From: Chiloscyllium plagiosum
Lineage: Eukaryota
Assembly: GCF_004010195.1 (NCBI RefSeq)
Contig: NC_057758.1
Location: 1,302,983 to 1,366,982, forward strand
Direction of reading: 5' to 3'
DNA: 64,000 nucleotides
The position numbers and the translations under genes were made by a program. The notes under the pieces are model-generated. The model did not search any database. It worked only from the letters and a program-made list of their open reading frames with translations, and had not been told where the DNA came from. Shown piece by piece: positions 14,035 through 27,452 of the stretch. Position 1 is the stretch's first letter, and each line of letters starts with the position of its first letter.

Positions 14035-14697
14035 TGTTATGACATAGGGTACACCACTCTGCAAATTTAAAGCAGCCACACAGTAGAGATTTGCCCCGTG
14101 CTGTAACCTGTTAAAGTTCGAGAGGCAAAAACTATCCCAGACGTCAATCCTGAGAGTAAAAGTGAACAAATTTATTCTTTAATACTAACAGAGAAAATTA
14201 GAACCAGCAACTATTTACAAATGCTTTCTCTTAAACCCATCGTTTCCCTCCCACTTTCCAAAGCTATTCCCTTTGAAAATACCAAACAAGTTTTGCAAAA
14301 TGAAAACAATCGCGTTTCATAACCAGTCAGCTTTGCTTATTCTCCTTTCTAGATTCTCTCCCATTCGGCCTCCATGTTCTGCTGCGCACTCCCCACAGAC
14401 AGTTACCTTTCAGAGAGCTCTTCAGCTAGCAGCCTATATTTGCTGAGCTGTGGCAGTTCTCCACGAACTGTTCAAATGTCCGCTTTTATATCCCAAAACA
14501 TCATATTGTGTTTTTTTTTGGTCGGGGTTGGGAATAATTTAAACTGATTCGCTGAAATTGACTTTTTTTTTGTGGCAATATATGTGTCGAAGAAGTTTTA
14601 CATTTTTCCCTTGATCAGAGCACTTTGTGCTGTTCAGGTAGTCCTTGCTAGCTTTTCAAATCTTTTAAAGGTACAGTACTTCAAGATCTTCACAACA
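14035..14697 (-). mobile_element. Solo LTR (Gypsy-type)
   Basis: TGTT...AACA termini flanked by a 4-bp direct repeat AAGG (14031-14034 / 14698-14701); resembles the LTRs at ~15200-15862, ~21250-22100 and 55711-56428. Confidence 0.75.
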
Positions 14698-14809
14698 AAG
14701 GGAAGTCGCAATTCATTTCATCGCATTCATTTTTTGAGCCATGTCTGATGTTTCGAAAGAGGATTTTAGCTGATGTCAGACTTATGAAAGCACGGTCGAA
14801 TTGAGTATG

Positions 14810-15110
14810 AAATGTTGCAGTGGTATGGTGGTTTAGTAGTGCCTCACCACACCACGGACCCGTGTTCAATTCCTGCATCAGGCGGCTGTATGTGTGGACT
14901 TTGCACATTCTCCCGTATCTACGAAGATTCCCGACACAGAGCAAAGATGTGCAGGTCAGGTGGTTTGGTCATGGGAAAGTGCCCCTCATTTCAGGTACAT
15001 AGCTCAAGTGTAAATGTAGGGGGGGTGGGGGTCTGGGTGGGTGACACTTTGGAGGGTTGGTGTGGACTTGCTGAGTAGAATGTCCTGTTTCCATAATTTA
15101 GGGATGTTAA
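14810..15110 (+). mobile_element. Degenerate HE1-like SINE
   Basis: tRNA-like head (TGGTTTAG...GTTCAATTCC) and a body similar to the young copies at 28737 and 57776. Confidence 0.7.
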
Positions 15111-17221
15111 TCAGGCTACCAAAAATACTCCCCATATCAGGTCTCCAACAAAGTCTCAGTCACAGTTAGCATCATTGACTGAAACACCTCAAGCATACCG
15201 CCCTCAGATAATTGTTAGGTTGCAACATGGTGGTAACGCCATCTGTTAAATAAAACCAAATGCCCTGAAAAGCTCGCTTCGCCTAGTAATCTGTTAAAAT
15301 ATGAGTGACAGTGAATCCCAAATTGCATTAGCAGAAGAGCTAATTGTATTAGCTTACACCTTAACTGTGAAAGTGAACATTAAACAATGACTATTCACAA
15401 CTCTAAACCAGCCTTTCTCGTACCTTCTTGCTACCTGCCTCCAAATATATGACAATATACTGTTCCAATAAAAACTCATATTAAAATTACATCAACTTAA
15501 TTTCAAAACCACTCAGCAGTTGTCGCCCCCGGTGTTCTACTCCCTTCTGCTGGAGATCTCTTCAGTCTTTTACTGCAAAGATGTTTCATATGGAAAATGT
15601 ACTTTTGGTAGACAGTGTTTTTGAATGGAGTGATGTTTTTCAGAACAGTAAGTTCAAAGGGCCCCAAATTGAACTGATTGGTTCGATTCAAATTGTTGAT
15701 AAAACTGCAAGCAACTCATGTATCTATTTCGCAGCCAAGTTCAAATTTCCAGCACAGCGTAAGACTGATAGTTTGTCGTATGACAGATGCTTTTAAGCTA
15801 TGTGTGCAAAACAGCATTTGTTATCTCGAAAAGGTACAGTGAACGCTTTCAACTTCATAACACCTCCCCTCTTCATCAAAAATGAAACATCATAATGAAA
15901 AGATGGCTGCATTTTTTTTATAAATATTAACACCATTGCAATGAAATGCATGGAACATTAGTCAAAGTTTTTGTTAATCTCTACACACAAACACACACAC
16001 ACACGCACGAGTACAAAACATTGTTATTTGTTAAATCTTATCAAGAGATTATCCTTTAAATATGCAATAACGTATCTGCTATTGCATTTTACGACACGCA
16101 ACATGTTATTATTTTAATTAAAAGGTTGTAACATCAGACTCCATTCGAAATGATCTCTTATTTCTGTCTTTAAATTGTTCCGAGATTGTTAAAGCACTGT
16201 GATTCGTTCACACAACTATCTCAGGTACATTGATCGTCACATAAACACTGAAATGCTGTAAGGCCACAACCAAACTCAATCATACCTTTTCGATGGTAGA
16301 GCTTTTTCTATGGTGGGTGTTGAGTTTCTTTGAAAAGTAGCCAAGTGGCTTTTCAATTCCATCATAATCTACCTGCAACAACACAGCTGCAACTCCTATA
16401 TCGCCAGAATCGACTGCGACATTGAACAGTTTCAATCGATTTGCTGTAGCTGAAACTGGTGCAGTGGTTAGTTAATACTGTGTTTAAACTGTCAAATGTC
16501 TCTTGGCATTGCTGTGTCCACCGAAATGTTGTGTTCTTCTTCAGTAAATATATTAGCGGTGCCACTACACTGCTGAAGTTTGGGACAAACTTCCGGTAGA
16601 AACCACTTCGTCCCAGAAATCAAAGAAACGCTTTATTTTTCCTGGTTGTGCATGAAAAATCTTCGATGGACTTTCCTTTTGCGTTCCTTGGGATCAATTT
16701 CCCATGGCCGATGTCATGTCCCAAGAACGTCGCCTCTGCCTTCGTGAATTCCGTTTTCTTTAAGTTTATTGCCAGTTTTGCCTCTTTGCATCGTTCACAG
16801 GCCTCTGCCATGTGATCTTTCCATAACTCACTAAAGATCGCTGCATCATTTAAATAAACTGCACAATTTGTTAAACTCGCGACAACTCTGCGCATGAGTC
16901 TGTGGCTCATGTTTTCTGCTTTCCAAAAGGCGTATATTGTATTAATAAAGCCGATTTGGATTTCCAGACGCAAAACTTATTTTCGCTTTCTCTGACAAAG
17001 TTACCTGCCACTAACGACGAAGATTGTCCAACTTTGGTGATGTATCTGGCTTGTCCAAATTTTTCTGCATGGTCCTCCATTTTTGGCATTAGGTATGAGT
17101 CCGATATCGTTACAACGTTGACCTTCCGATAGTCCACATAAAACAATTGAGTCCCCTCAGGTTTGGGAACTAACACGATTAGCGAACATCACTCTCTCTG
17201 ACTGGGCTCAATGATATCTTT

Positions 17222-17327
17222 TCAACGTCGATTCTCCTGTTCCCTAGATGCTGCCTGACCTGCTGCGCTTTTCCAGCAACACATTTCCATCTCTGATCTC
17301 CAGCATCTGCAGACCTCACTTTCTCCT
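17222..17327 (+). mobile_element. PLE-derived mini-insertion, 5'-truncated within the hammerhead motif
   Basis: 13-bp TSD CAATGATATCTTT at 17209-17221 and 17328-17340. Confidence 0.8.
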
Positions 17328-19287
17328 CAATGATATCTTTGTTGAGTGCGGCGTCCATTTCCTTCTGAAGCTGTGTGACTTTGAAAGGATTAAGCCTGCA
17401 AGGGGTGCTGTTTTAAAGGAACAACATTCCTGACTTCTGGCTCATGCACAAGAACACTAGTTCTCCCCATTTAATTCCTGCATGTGTCCCCATACTGCTG
17501 CAACAAATCGTTCTACCGGGTTCTTTGCTCCTGAGACAGATAGTTCACTACCCTATCCCACTCATCGAGGACTTACTCTTTGGCGAAAGTATTTTGAAAT
17601 ACATGAAACTCCAGGACGTCTGGATTTCATTCCTCACTCTGCAGAGCAGGATGTAACACTTGTTTCAACAGTTCTTTCTCTGTATTATAATATGGTTTCA
17701 ACATATTCACATCACATGCCTGATACATTTTTTACTCCCTATTCGACATCTTTACCAGATAGTTCAGCTTACTTCATTTATTCTTAATTTCATAGTGCCC
17801 ACTAAATCTTGCTTTGAAGGGATCTCTTACCATTGCTGGCAAAAGTAGTACATCATCCCAGTTGGAAAAATTCCAAATTGTAAAGCTTTTATCTACCACC
17901 AACTTCATTCCATGTTTTGATCTCTTCAGGTGCTGTTCAGTTCACTAACCAAACCAATTTAATCTCTCCCACACCACAGATACATAATCCAAATGTAACA
18001 TCTCTGACTTCAGACATGTCGATTTCTCTTGGATTAATTTCAAAGGCCCTCTCACCTCATGTCCGAATATAAACTCGAAGGGATTAAACTGAGTAAATTC
18101 GTTTGGGGCACCTCCAATAGGAAACAACACGAATGGGATGGATTTATCCCAATCGTTGGTTTAATCCTGACATACGCTCTCAACATGTTCCTGAAGACCT
18201 GATGCCACCTCTCTGAAGCTCCCTGGGATTCAGAATGTGACGCACTTGTTTAAAATGCCATATATCCAAGCTGTCTATGACTTCCTTAAACAGCTCAGTC
18301 CTGAAAATGGAACCATGGTCTGACTGAATCTTTCAGGATAGCCCGTAACACTTTAAAAAAGGGACTAACTCCTCGACCACCCTATTTGCCTTAATCCTCT
18401 ATAATGGAATTGCCTCTGGAAATCTGGTAGGCAACATCCAATATGGTTAGCAAACATATGTTCACACGTATAGTTTCGGGGAGAAGCCTGCAAAATGATT
18501 CGTAACCCACGTGAAAGGTTCTTCGACTGTGGGAATTGGTGGCAAAGGTGTACATTTTATTACTGCCGTATGGCTTACTATCCATTTAGCACAGACGACA
18601 TTTATCGCAAGGATTAACGACATCTTTGTTCAATCCAGGCCAATCGAAATGCCTTTGTACCCTAGCCTGAGTTTTCCTTACACATAGGTGACCTCCCAGT
18701 AGTAATTCATGTGCTCCCATATCACTTCCTGTCTGTATGCTACCAGCAACACAATCATTATATATAATATATGTGTGTTTGTTTGTTTGTTTATTATTGG
18801 CTCGTCTTTCCGTTGAAAGTCCATTAGCTTTTCAGCACTGTACAGGTCTGCCTGACCCTCTGTCAGTTCAGGTTTATTCTGCACAGTTGCCTCAACCAGG
18901 GTGTCCTCCAACTGAGCCTCAAATCGTTTATATTTCAATTTAGTTTTTGCTTCGTGCCGCAACTAATAATAATGGGATCGTGTTACCACACAGTGTGGAA
19001 AATTTCCAAGCTATTTGTCTTTTAACTCTTCAGTTTCCTGGTCTTCCTTTGGCTTCTCCTTATCCTGTTAAATCGGTCACAAAAGAAAAACTGTATTCCT
19101 GGAACTGACATTCTGAAAATGACTCCTTGTATTATTTTCCCAATTTTGTGTTGGCTTTCCAAACTGATCATACATAGGTTTCTCTCCACCCATCCTACCA
19201 ATTCCCACTTTCACTGGTAAAAGGTCAGAAAGAGCGCAAATACATTCATATTGGAGACTTACGAGATTCTGTATCTCTGTAAATAAT

Positions 19288-19521
19288 GTTGAAACTTTAT
19301 TGCTGGAACAGCACAGCAGGTCAGGCAGCATCCAGGGAACAGGAGATTCGACGTTTCGGGCACAGGCCCTTCTTCAGGAATTGCCTCTGGAAGGGCCTGA
19401 AGAAGGGCCTGTGCCCGAAACGTCGAATCTCCTGTTCCCTGGATGCTGCCTGACCTGCTGTGCTGTTCCAGCAATAAAGTTTCAACTTTGATCTCCAGCA
19501 TCTGCAGACCTCACTTTCTCC
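19288..19521 (+). mobile_element. PLE-derived fold-back mini-element (91-bp inverted arms, two hammerhead cores)
   Basis: Arms 19288-19378 and 19396-19486 are reverse complements; 14-bp TSD TCTCTGTAAATAAT at 19274-19287 and 19522-19535. Confidence 0.9.
19346..19381 (-). ncRNA. Minimal type I hammerhead ribozyme motif
   Basis: Minus strand reads AUUC-CUGAAGA-A-GGGC-CUGU-GCCC-GAAAC-GUC-GAAU: 4-bp stem I, conserved core boxes, 4-bp stem II, palindromic ACGU stem III, GUC triplet. Confidence 0.8.
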
Positions 19522-20467
19522 TCTCTGTAAATAATACCTTATTTCCCTTCTCCCCGGCTCTTTCTGAGTAAAATTTTACCCATAGAGGTGAAGTCTTGAG
19601 AGATCAAGCACTAACTCCATACCGATTTCTTACCCAGGCTGTGCCCTCTCCTGCAGCTTCCTTTACAACTTTCACTAATGCCACTGTCCTGGCCTCGTTT
19701 TACCACATCTTTTCCCGCAGTGCCTTTCTCTAAAGATCAGCACGATGGTTTTATATGTCCCAACTACTGGCAGTGAAAACACCTTTCTTAAACCACGGGC
19801 ACTGCATTTTCTTGTATTCCACTCCGTTTCAATGGAAACATCTGAAGCCTTTAGCGTGATGAACAATTACAATGTCCTGCCCAACGTTGTTGTGTAGGAT
19901 CTCCCCTTCTCCCGTTTTCTTTTCCTCACGGGATCATTTTTTTTTCTGGAAGCTGAAATTTTGCAGAATGTCCCAATGCATATTCACCTGCGATCTCTTC
20001 AGCTCTTCTGACATCTTGAACTTCCTGTTCGTTGACATGAATTGGTCATCTCTGCTGAGTTTTTTAGACTCCTCTAGCAGAATATTCTCTCCGAGAGCCT
20101 CAGAGATCTGGCCGATTTTCAAGGCCCACACCAATGTATCAAAGTTACTTTGTTTATTTCTTACGAACTCAACATAAGTCGAACCTCGTTCTTTCGTTAT
20201 GTTCCTGAATAGCTGTCTATGTTTACCTATACGTTTCCGGTACCAATTCGCGAGTACTCAAAGTAACCTGTTTGAGATCAGCATAATATCTTGACCTTTC
20301 ATCTGACAGCGCTGCAAATACCTCACTAGTTCTGCCTCCCAGCTTTGTCTCAACTGATACTGCCCACAAATAATCTGGCTACTCCACCTGTCTACCCATC
20401 ATTTTTTTTTAAATGAAATATAGATAGCGTCGAAATCCTTCTCATCAAACTGTGGCAACGTTTTAAT

Positions 20468-20468
20468 G

Positions 20469-20507
<39 letters not shown>
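20468..20507. repeat. (TA)n(TG)n microsatellite
   Basis: Seen directly. Confidence 0.95.
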
Positions 20508-21642
20508 CATTATCTTCTCACGTCATTTCCATCATGTTAACTTGACTTACCAAGCTAATTCGCAACTGAAGTTCAAATTCGCTCTACCTTTCTCTTTCTT
20601 CTCTCCCTCTTTCTCTCTGTTTCTCTCTTTTTCTTCTCCATCTCTTTGCTCAGCTAAGAGTCTTCTCTGTCTTTCCTTTTCTTCTGTCTCTCTTTTCCTC
20701 TTTCTCTCTCTTTCCTTTTCTCTCTCTCTCTCCTTCATCTTCCCTTTGTCTTTACCTGCTAACTCCATTTTACTCTGTCGAAATTTAGATTTTGCTAACT
20801 TGAGTGCAGTTGTGGGTTTCTCTCACGCACACAAGTGCTTAACGACTCCTTTACAATTTCAGCTTTACTCTTGTCCGTGGTTAAACATCATCTAAACTAC
20901 TCGCGAACTCTAAACGCACGGCCTTTTTTTCTGTCTTTCTAAATGTTCCCGGCCAATTTGAGAATCATTTTCAAACCTCATAACCTCATTAGTAATTTTT
21001 AGACCCACTCCTCTCACTTCTTATTTAGTAACAGAACTAGTATTATTTCTAGTACTTCTCCGACTACGTCTAGCGATCAGAAGTAATGGAAATTCAATAA
21101 ATTGTCACACCTATGTTTTATTTAAATATGTAGGGCACGAATCCGCAAGTGTTTAAATATGCTGGGATCTTTTCCACCTCAAATCTATTCAAGACTCTCC
21201 AAATCTCTGACTGGATCTTTCTAAACCCGTCCAAATGATGCCCGAGCTCACAAACGGCAACTTCCCTGCATTGAGCTAACGCCCAGAAAATCTCACCTCG
21301 CCTCGTACTGTGTTCAGGTATGAATGGCAGAGATTCCCTAAATTACACTCATTAAAGAAAATATTATCAATTTATTCCTTAACTCCAAAAGTGAATGTTA
21401 AACAACATTCACAGCTCTAAGCCCCCCCCTTACTCTTAAAGGTTTACTAACTTGCCTTCACATCTACAACAATATACTGTTCAAATAAAAACCCGCATTA
21501 AAATTAAGCAGCACAATTTCAAAACCACACAACCGCTGTCGTCTCCGGTGTCCTTCTTTCTGTTGTAGATCTCTCTGGACCGTCTTCTTTCTTTAACTGC
21601 AATGGTGTTTCATGTGATAAAGGTAACTTTGATGAAGTGTGC

Positions 21643-21738
21643 ATTCCTGAAGAAGGGCTTATGCCCGAAACGTCGATTCTCCTGTTCCCTGGATGCTGCC
21701 TGACCTGCTGCGCTTTTCCAGCAACACATTTCCAGCTC
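21643..21738 (+). mobile_element. 96-bp PLE-derived insertion: hammerhead motif (21643-21678) plus pLTR remainder
   Basis: ATTC-CTGAAGA-A-GGGC-TTAT-GCCC-GAAAC-GTC-GATT; 10-bp TSD TGAAGTGTGC at 21633-21642 and 21739-21748. Confidence 0.85.
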
Positions 21739-22699
21739 TGAAGTGTGCTTTTGTATGGCAGTCTTTCTCGATGACAGTTACTCTCTGTCAATGACAATTA
21801 CTCTCCGTCTGACTCTGAACTGGTCTGCTTTATTAAAGCCCACACATCGGAACCCTGCACTGGTGCAAAACAATAAACTTAAACTCGATTGGGTTTTATT
21901 AGCCTGGGGCATAATTGAAATTGATTGATTAGATTCGAATTGTTGTCAAAACATCAAACAACCCAGATATTTCACAGTCAGATGTAACATATTTTCAATG
22001 TTCCAGTGCACTCTGAGACTGCTAATTAGTCATATGACATGTGCTGTCAGTGTGAAACATCGTTGTGTCTCTCTTAAATGTCCAGTACATGCCTTCAACG
22101 GTATATATTAAAGACTAATATTTACTGAGGAAACTTCACACTCAAAGGTAATGCTAGAGACTGATATTTACGGGTTCAATACTGCACTCACATTCACAGA
22201 GAATGTTACGAAATTCAATTTCGCAATCAAAAGTATGACCAAAGATTGATACATAAGGAATCAACGTTACATTCACATTTCCGCCACAGGCTAAAATGTA
22301 AAGAATCAATTCCATACCTGCAAATAGCACAGAACCCGATGCTTATGGAATGAATCACACACTCAAAGGTAGCACCAGAGACGAATATTTCGAGGACCAA
22401 TTCCACCATCACAGATCGCATCAGATCCTGACGTTTGCATTTTTAATCCCACACTCATAGATAATCCCAGAAACAGATACTTACACAAACTCACAGTCAC
22501 TGGGATGACTTAGAAAATCATTCTCACAAGCATAAATATGACCAGAGATTGCTATAACAGAATCTACCTCAATTGGACAGTCGCACAAGAGACGGAGGTG
22601 CATAAACAGAATGAATGCTACACCAGCAGTTAACACACAGACGGCTATTTACAGTATTAATACCACACAGTCTCAGAGACTAATATTTTGAGCTAATAG

Positions 22700-24540
22700 G
22701 TCACACGACACCAGGGTATAGTCTAACAGATGTATTTGAAATCACAAGTATAGAATTTATAGGCAGAGAGAACATTAAGCAGACAGTTCGAATGATCATA
22801 CTACTGCTGTTAGTGAAATTTCGATTAGCTCAATAATTAGTCTCTGCGGATGTTCAAACGTGTACGAAGGTGTGAGGAAAGTATCGACTGCTGTCTAATA
22901 AGTGAAAGGATGACCTATTAATCGGTTGATTGAGGCAGAGAGATAATTACAAAACATTAAAAACAAGATGGTGCCAATGTCAAACCAAATGGCAGGAAGA
23001 ACATGACAGGAAAAACAGTCGCATGGCAACGGTCTAACCAAAGTAACAAATAATCCAAAACCAGACAAATTAATTAAGGGAGAGAGATCATAACACTTTA
23101 TAAAGGTGATGGTGTCAAATCAAATCAGAAGGGTAGAACATAGAACATATAGAACATAGAAGAATACAGCGCAGTACAGGCCCCATGGCCCTCGATGTTG
23201 CACCGATCCAAGCCCACCTAACCTACACTAGCCCACTATCCTCCATATACCTATCCAATGCCCGCTTAAATGCCCATAAAGAGGGAGAGTCCACCACTGC
23301 TACTGGCAGGGCATTCCATGAACTTACGACTCGCTGAGTGAAGAACCTACCCCGAACATCAGTCCTATATCTACCCCCCCTTAATTTAAAGCTATGCCCC
23401 CTTGTAATACCCGACTCAATACGCGGGAAAAGGTTCATACTGTCGTCCCTATCTAACCCCCTAATCATCTTGTACACCTCAATCAAGTCACCCGTAAACC
23501 TTCTTTTCTCCAATGAAAACAACCCCACGTGCCTCAGCCTTTCCTCATACGATCTTCCGACCATACCAGTCAACATCCTGGTAAACCTCCTCTGCACCCG
23601 TTCCAGTGCCTCCACATCCTTTCTATAGTATGGCGACCAAAACTGCACACAATACTCCAGATGCGGCCGCACCAGAGTCTTATACAACTGCATCATGACC
23701 TCAGGACTCCGGAACTCAAGTCCTCTACCAATAAAAGCCAGTACGCCATATGCCTTCCTCACCGCACTATTTACCTGGTAAGAAAGATTTCACGAGGACA
23801 AAACGGTATGATGTCATTACACGTAGCATGGCATGAATGCAAGTTCACGGCTGAGGCCATTTTAATGGCTACAGAATTTGGCTATCAGTTTCTGGTCGGC
23901 CATTCTGCGTTATTGTGTGTCTCGCAGGCCACCTTGGAAGAAGTGTACTCAACGATTGGAGGCTGAATGTCCTTGACCATTGAAGTCTTTGCCGACTGGG
24001 AAGGAAAATTCCTGTCTGGCAATTGCTCAATGTCTGTTCACCCATTGCCGCAAAGTCTACATGGTCTTGCCAATATAGCAGGCCTCTGGGAATCCATACC
24101 TCCAACGTATGGGAGTCAATGGGTATTTGCCATACACGTGGTTTGTGGTGTTGCCACGTGTGTGGGTGGCAGCCATGTCGCTGATCTGACATGTCATGAA
24201 AAGGTTACCATGGGAGGCTTGTACGTTTTGATGGTCGATGTTGTCCTGAAATTTGGGAAGATTGCTGCGAAAGATTTAGTGCCATAGTATTTTTTAATAT
24301 TTTGTAATTATCTCTCTCACTCACTTCATTTGATCGTCGGTCATCCCTTCACTTTTTAATCAACTGTTGACTCTACACTCACACCATCTGATACTGTTGA
24401 TCACATTCAAAGGCCTATCATTCAACCTGTCGACATTCTAGTCACACCATCTGTATCATCTTTTCATCTCTCTGCACACTGATCTCTCTTCCTATGGATT
24501 CTGCACCTGAGTGCTTCTCTCTCCCCTCAAGTCCTGAGTC
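22700..24540 (-). mobile_element. Decayed Penelope-like element (GIY-YIG region and 3' part), interrupted by a LINE
   Basis: Minus strand 23800-24200 gives remnants 'HVYGKYP..CYIGKTM.TLRQW.NRH..IARQEFSLPVG..F.GQGHSA', typical of a PLE GIY-YIG domain; boundaries approximate. Confidence 0.65.
23135..23777 (-). mobile_element. Young 5'-truncated CR1/HER1-like LINE
   Basis: Uninterrupted 179-aa ORF2 C-terminus 'LVRPHLEYCVQFWSPYYRKDVEALERVQRRFTR...FFTQRVVSSWNALP'; (TTCTATG)n tail. Confidence 0.95.
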
Positions 24541-25837
24541 TTTGCTTCACTGTCTGAGGAATCCCGAAAGATCCTGAATGTTGACTGATGTTCAGCAAGG
24601 ATTAAATTGTTCTGACCTTGATATGGAGATGATTTCATCAAAATGACAAACTTGGGACATTACCATCAGGAGATCGGCCTCAGATGTAATGGAGCTGAGA
24701 TGGTCCCACAATCGCGGCTGTCTTCCTTGTTCTGCCAAGTATGACTCCAGCTCATGAAAAGTTGGCCTATCTGGTTCCTTTTGACTCACGGTTTCTCGGG
24801 GATCCTTGAAACCTACCTTTGCCTATGATGTCTGTGTATCCAAGGCAATTACAGTAACCCTCTGTGAGATAAGGTGATGTTCTACTGGTATTATCGGGCC
24901 GTTCTGTTAATTCAGAAATCCAGCTGATGTTCTCGGGATCCGGCTTCAAACTTAGGCAGGGCAAATGGTGCAATTTGCTTTCATTTTTAAAAGAGTCAGA
25001 AATTAAGTGCTTGATGAGACGACAAAATGATCGCTGATCGTCAGAGAAAAGAAACACCTAATTCGCTGTAGAAGGAAGGAGACGATCATTCTTATCTGGT
25101 CCGGCCTTCATATATATAAACACCAACAGCAATTTAGTTGCATCTTAGCTGCATTCTGTACAATTATGGCTGGTCAATAAATGGTGGTCTGGCAAGGGTC
25201 ACCCTCACCCCCGAGAATGAATAAAGGGGAAAGAACCTCACTGCACTGAAATGGCTCGTTTGACGAACGAATCAAGGTTGTAACGAGCTTAAGGTTAATG
25301 AACAACGCTATTCATTCAGTCGGAATTTTTCTCATGGTGCTCACAAACCTTCGATTGAAATCTATGGCAAAAGCCAAGAACAGCCACCTGCTGGAAATTT
25401 GGGAATTGAAACAGAAATGTATATATCCTCTATGGTCGACGTAGATTTGGAGAGCATGCATATGTGTGGGGATTTTCAGCTGAAACTACATCCCCAGGAT
25501 TTCATGTTATTTCCATGTTTGATTGGGGGTAATTGATCCTCTCTGCAGTAAGGATTTGTGTGCGTTCCTCACAGATAGACAGTGAGCCAATGGTTCATAT
25601 TCTGGCGTCAAACAGACTGACATTTCGTAACAAGACAATTCCAAATCAGAGGCAAATATTTACCAAACCAACCAAGGCTTCAGATCAGAAAGATTTCACA
25701 TTCTGGGCAAATGGATTGGGCAAGTGGAAGCAAATGTGAAGACGTGATTTGACGGGGAAATGGCGAAGGAGAGAGGTGAGAGCGAGGCGAAAAGAAGGGA
25801 AGGAAATAACAAGAAATAGAGCAAGAGAAAATAACTG

Positions 25838-26336
25838 ACGTCCAGTTCTGGTCGCCCTAATATAAGATGTGGATGCTTTGGAGAGGGTTCAGAGGAGGTT
25901 TACCAGGATGCTGCCTGGACTTGGAGGGCTTATCTTATGAAGAGAGGTTGACTGAGCTCGGACTTTTTTCATCGGAGAAAAGGAGGAGGAGAGGGGACCT
26001 AATTGAGGTATACAAGATAATGAGAGGCATAGATAGAGTCGATAGCCAGAGACTATTTCCCAGGGCAGAAATGGCTAACACGAGGGGTCATACTTTTACG
26101 CTGTTTGGAGGAAAGTATAGAGGGGATGTCAGAGGCGGGTTCTTTATACAGAGAGTTGTGAGAGCATGGAATGCGTTGCCAGCAGCAGTTGTGGAGGCAG
26201 GGTCATTGGGGACATTTAAGTGACTCCTGGACATGTATATGGTCACAGAAATTTGAGGGTGCATACATGAAGATCAGTGGTCGGCACAACATCTTGGGCT
26301 GAAGGGCCTGTTCTGTGCTGTACTGTTCTATGTTCT
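25838..26336 (+). mobile_element. CR1/HER1-like LINE 3' fragment
   Basis: 'LSYEERLTELGLFS...RGDLIEVYKIM...QRVVRAWNALP'; TGTTCTATGTTCT tail. Confidence 0.92.
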
Positions 26337-26579
26337 AAAAATTGTGTCTGGCAGAGAAAGTGGGCTGCGACAAAAAAAGACAGAGAGAGAGATGAGGAGA
26401 AAGGAAACCTTGGGAGAGTGGCAGAGAGATAACGAGATGGAGATAGAGGGAAAGAGGGAAAGGGAGGGAGAATGTAATTGGGAAGACTGAAGTGAGAGGA
26501 AGAGAGATCAGTAAGGAAGACGGAAAAAGAGACACTGAGAAAATGTGTGAGAGAGAGAATGTTAGGCATGGGTTAAGAC

Positions 26580-27452
26580 ACAGAACATAGAACAAAACAG
26601 CGCAGAACAGGCCCCTTGTCCCTCAATGTTGCGCCGACCTGTGAACTATTCTCAGCTCGTCACCCTGCGCTAACCCATCATCATCCATGTGCTAATCCAA
26701 GGATTGTTGAAATCTCCCTAATGTGTCTGTGTTCACTATATTGGCAGGTAAGGCCTTCCACGCCCTTACCACTCTCTGAGTAAAGAACATGCCTCTTACA
26801 TCTGTCTTAAATCTATCACCCCTCAATTTGTAGTTATGCCCCCCTCGTACAAGCTGACGTCATCATCCTAGGAAAAAAACTTTTACGAATCCTCTGACCA
26901 TCTTGTTTGTCTCTACCAAATCCCCTCTTAGCCTTCTTCTTTCCAATGAGAACCGACCGCAGTCTCTCAGCCGTTCCACATGAGACCTTCCCTCCAGATC
27001 AGGCAACACCCTGGTAAATCTCCTCTGCAACTTTTCAAATGCTTACAGATCTTTCCCGAATTATGGCGACCAGAACGGTACACAATATTCCAAGTGCGGC
27101 CACATTCGTGTTTTGTATAGTTGTGGCATGAAATTGAGGCTCAGGAAACTTAATCCCTGGAGCAATGAAACTAACGCACCGTATGCCTTCTTAACAGCAC
27201 TATCCACCTGAGTGGCAACTTTCATGGATCTATGTACATGAACTCCAAGATCCCTCTGCACATCCACACTACCAAAGATCTTTCCATTGACCCAGTACTC
27301 TGCCTTCCTGTTATTCTTCCCAAAGTGCATCACCTCACATGTAGCTGCATTGAACTCCATTTGTCACCTCTCAGCCCAATTCTGCAGTTTATCCAAGTCC
27401 CCCTGCAACCTGTAACATTCTTCCAAACTCTCCATTACTCCACCGACTTTAG
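26580..27452 (-). mobile_element. CR1/HER1-like LINE 3' fragment
   Basis: 'LQGDLDKLQNWAER', 'MEFNAATCEVMHFG...QRDLGVHVH...HLEYCVPFWSP'; tail repeat at 26580. Confidence 0.92.

Larger units (their letters stand above)
15200..22100 (-). mobile_element. Near full-length decayed Gmr1-type Gypsy LTR retrotransposon (LTR-gag-PR-INT-RT-RH-LTR)
   Basis: On the minus strand: E/R/K-rich gag (20547-20768), capsid-like 'ENILLEE', integrase 'FGHEVRGPLKLI' (17945-18130), RT 'VPKPEGTQLFYVDYRKVN' (16907-17176), RNaseH. Purine tract at ~15863-15874 next to the 3' LTR. Boundaries approximate. Confidence 0.85.

Noticed and set aside
24592..24789. 'KEPDRPTFHELESYL' resembling a tyrosine-kinase C-terminus
   Set aside because: No other kinase motifs, an upstream in-frame stop and no supporting splice structure
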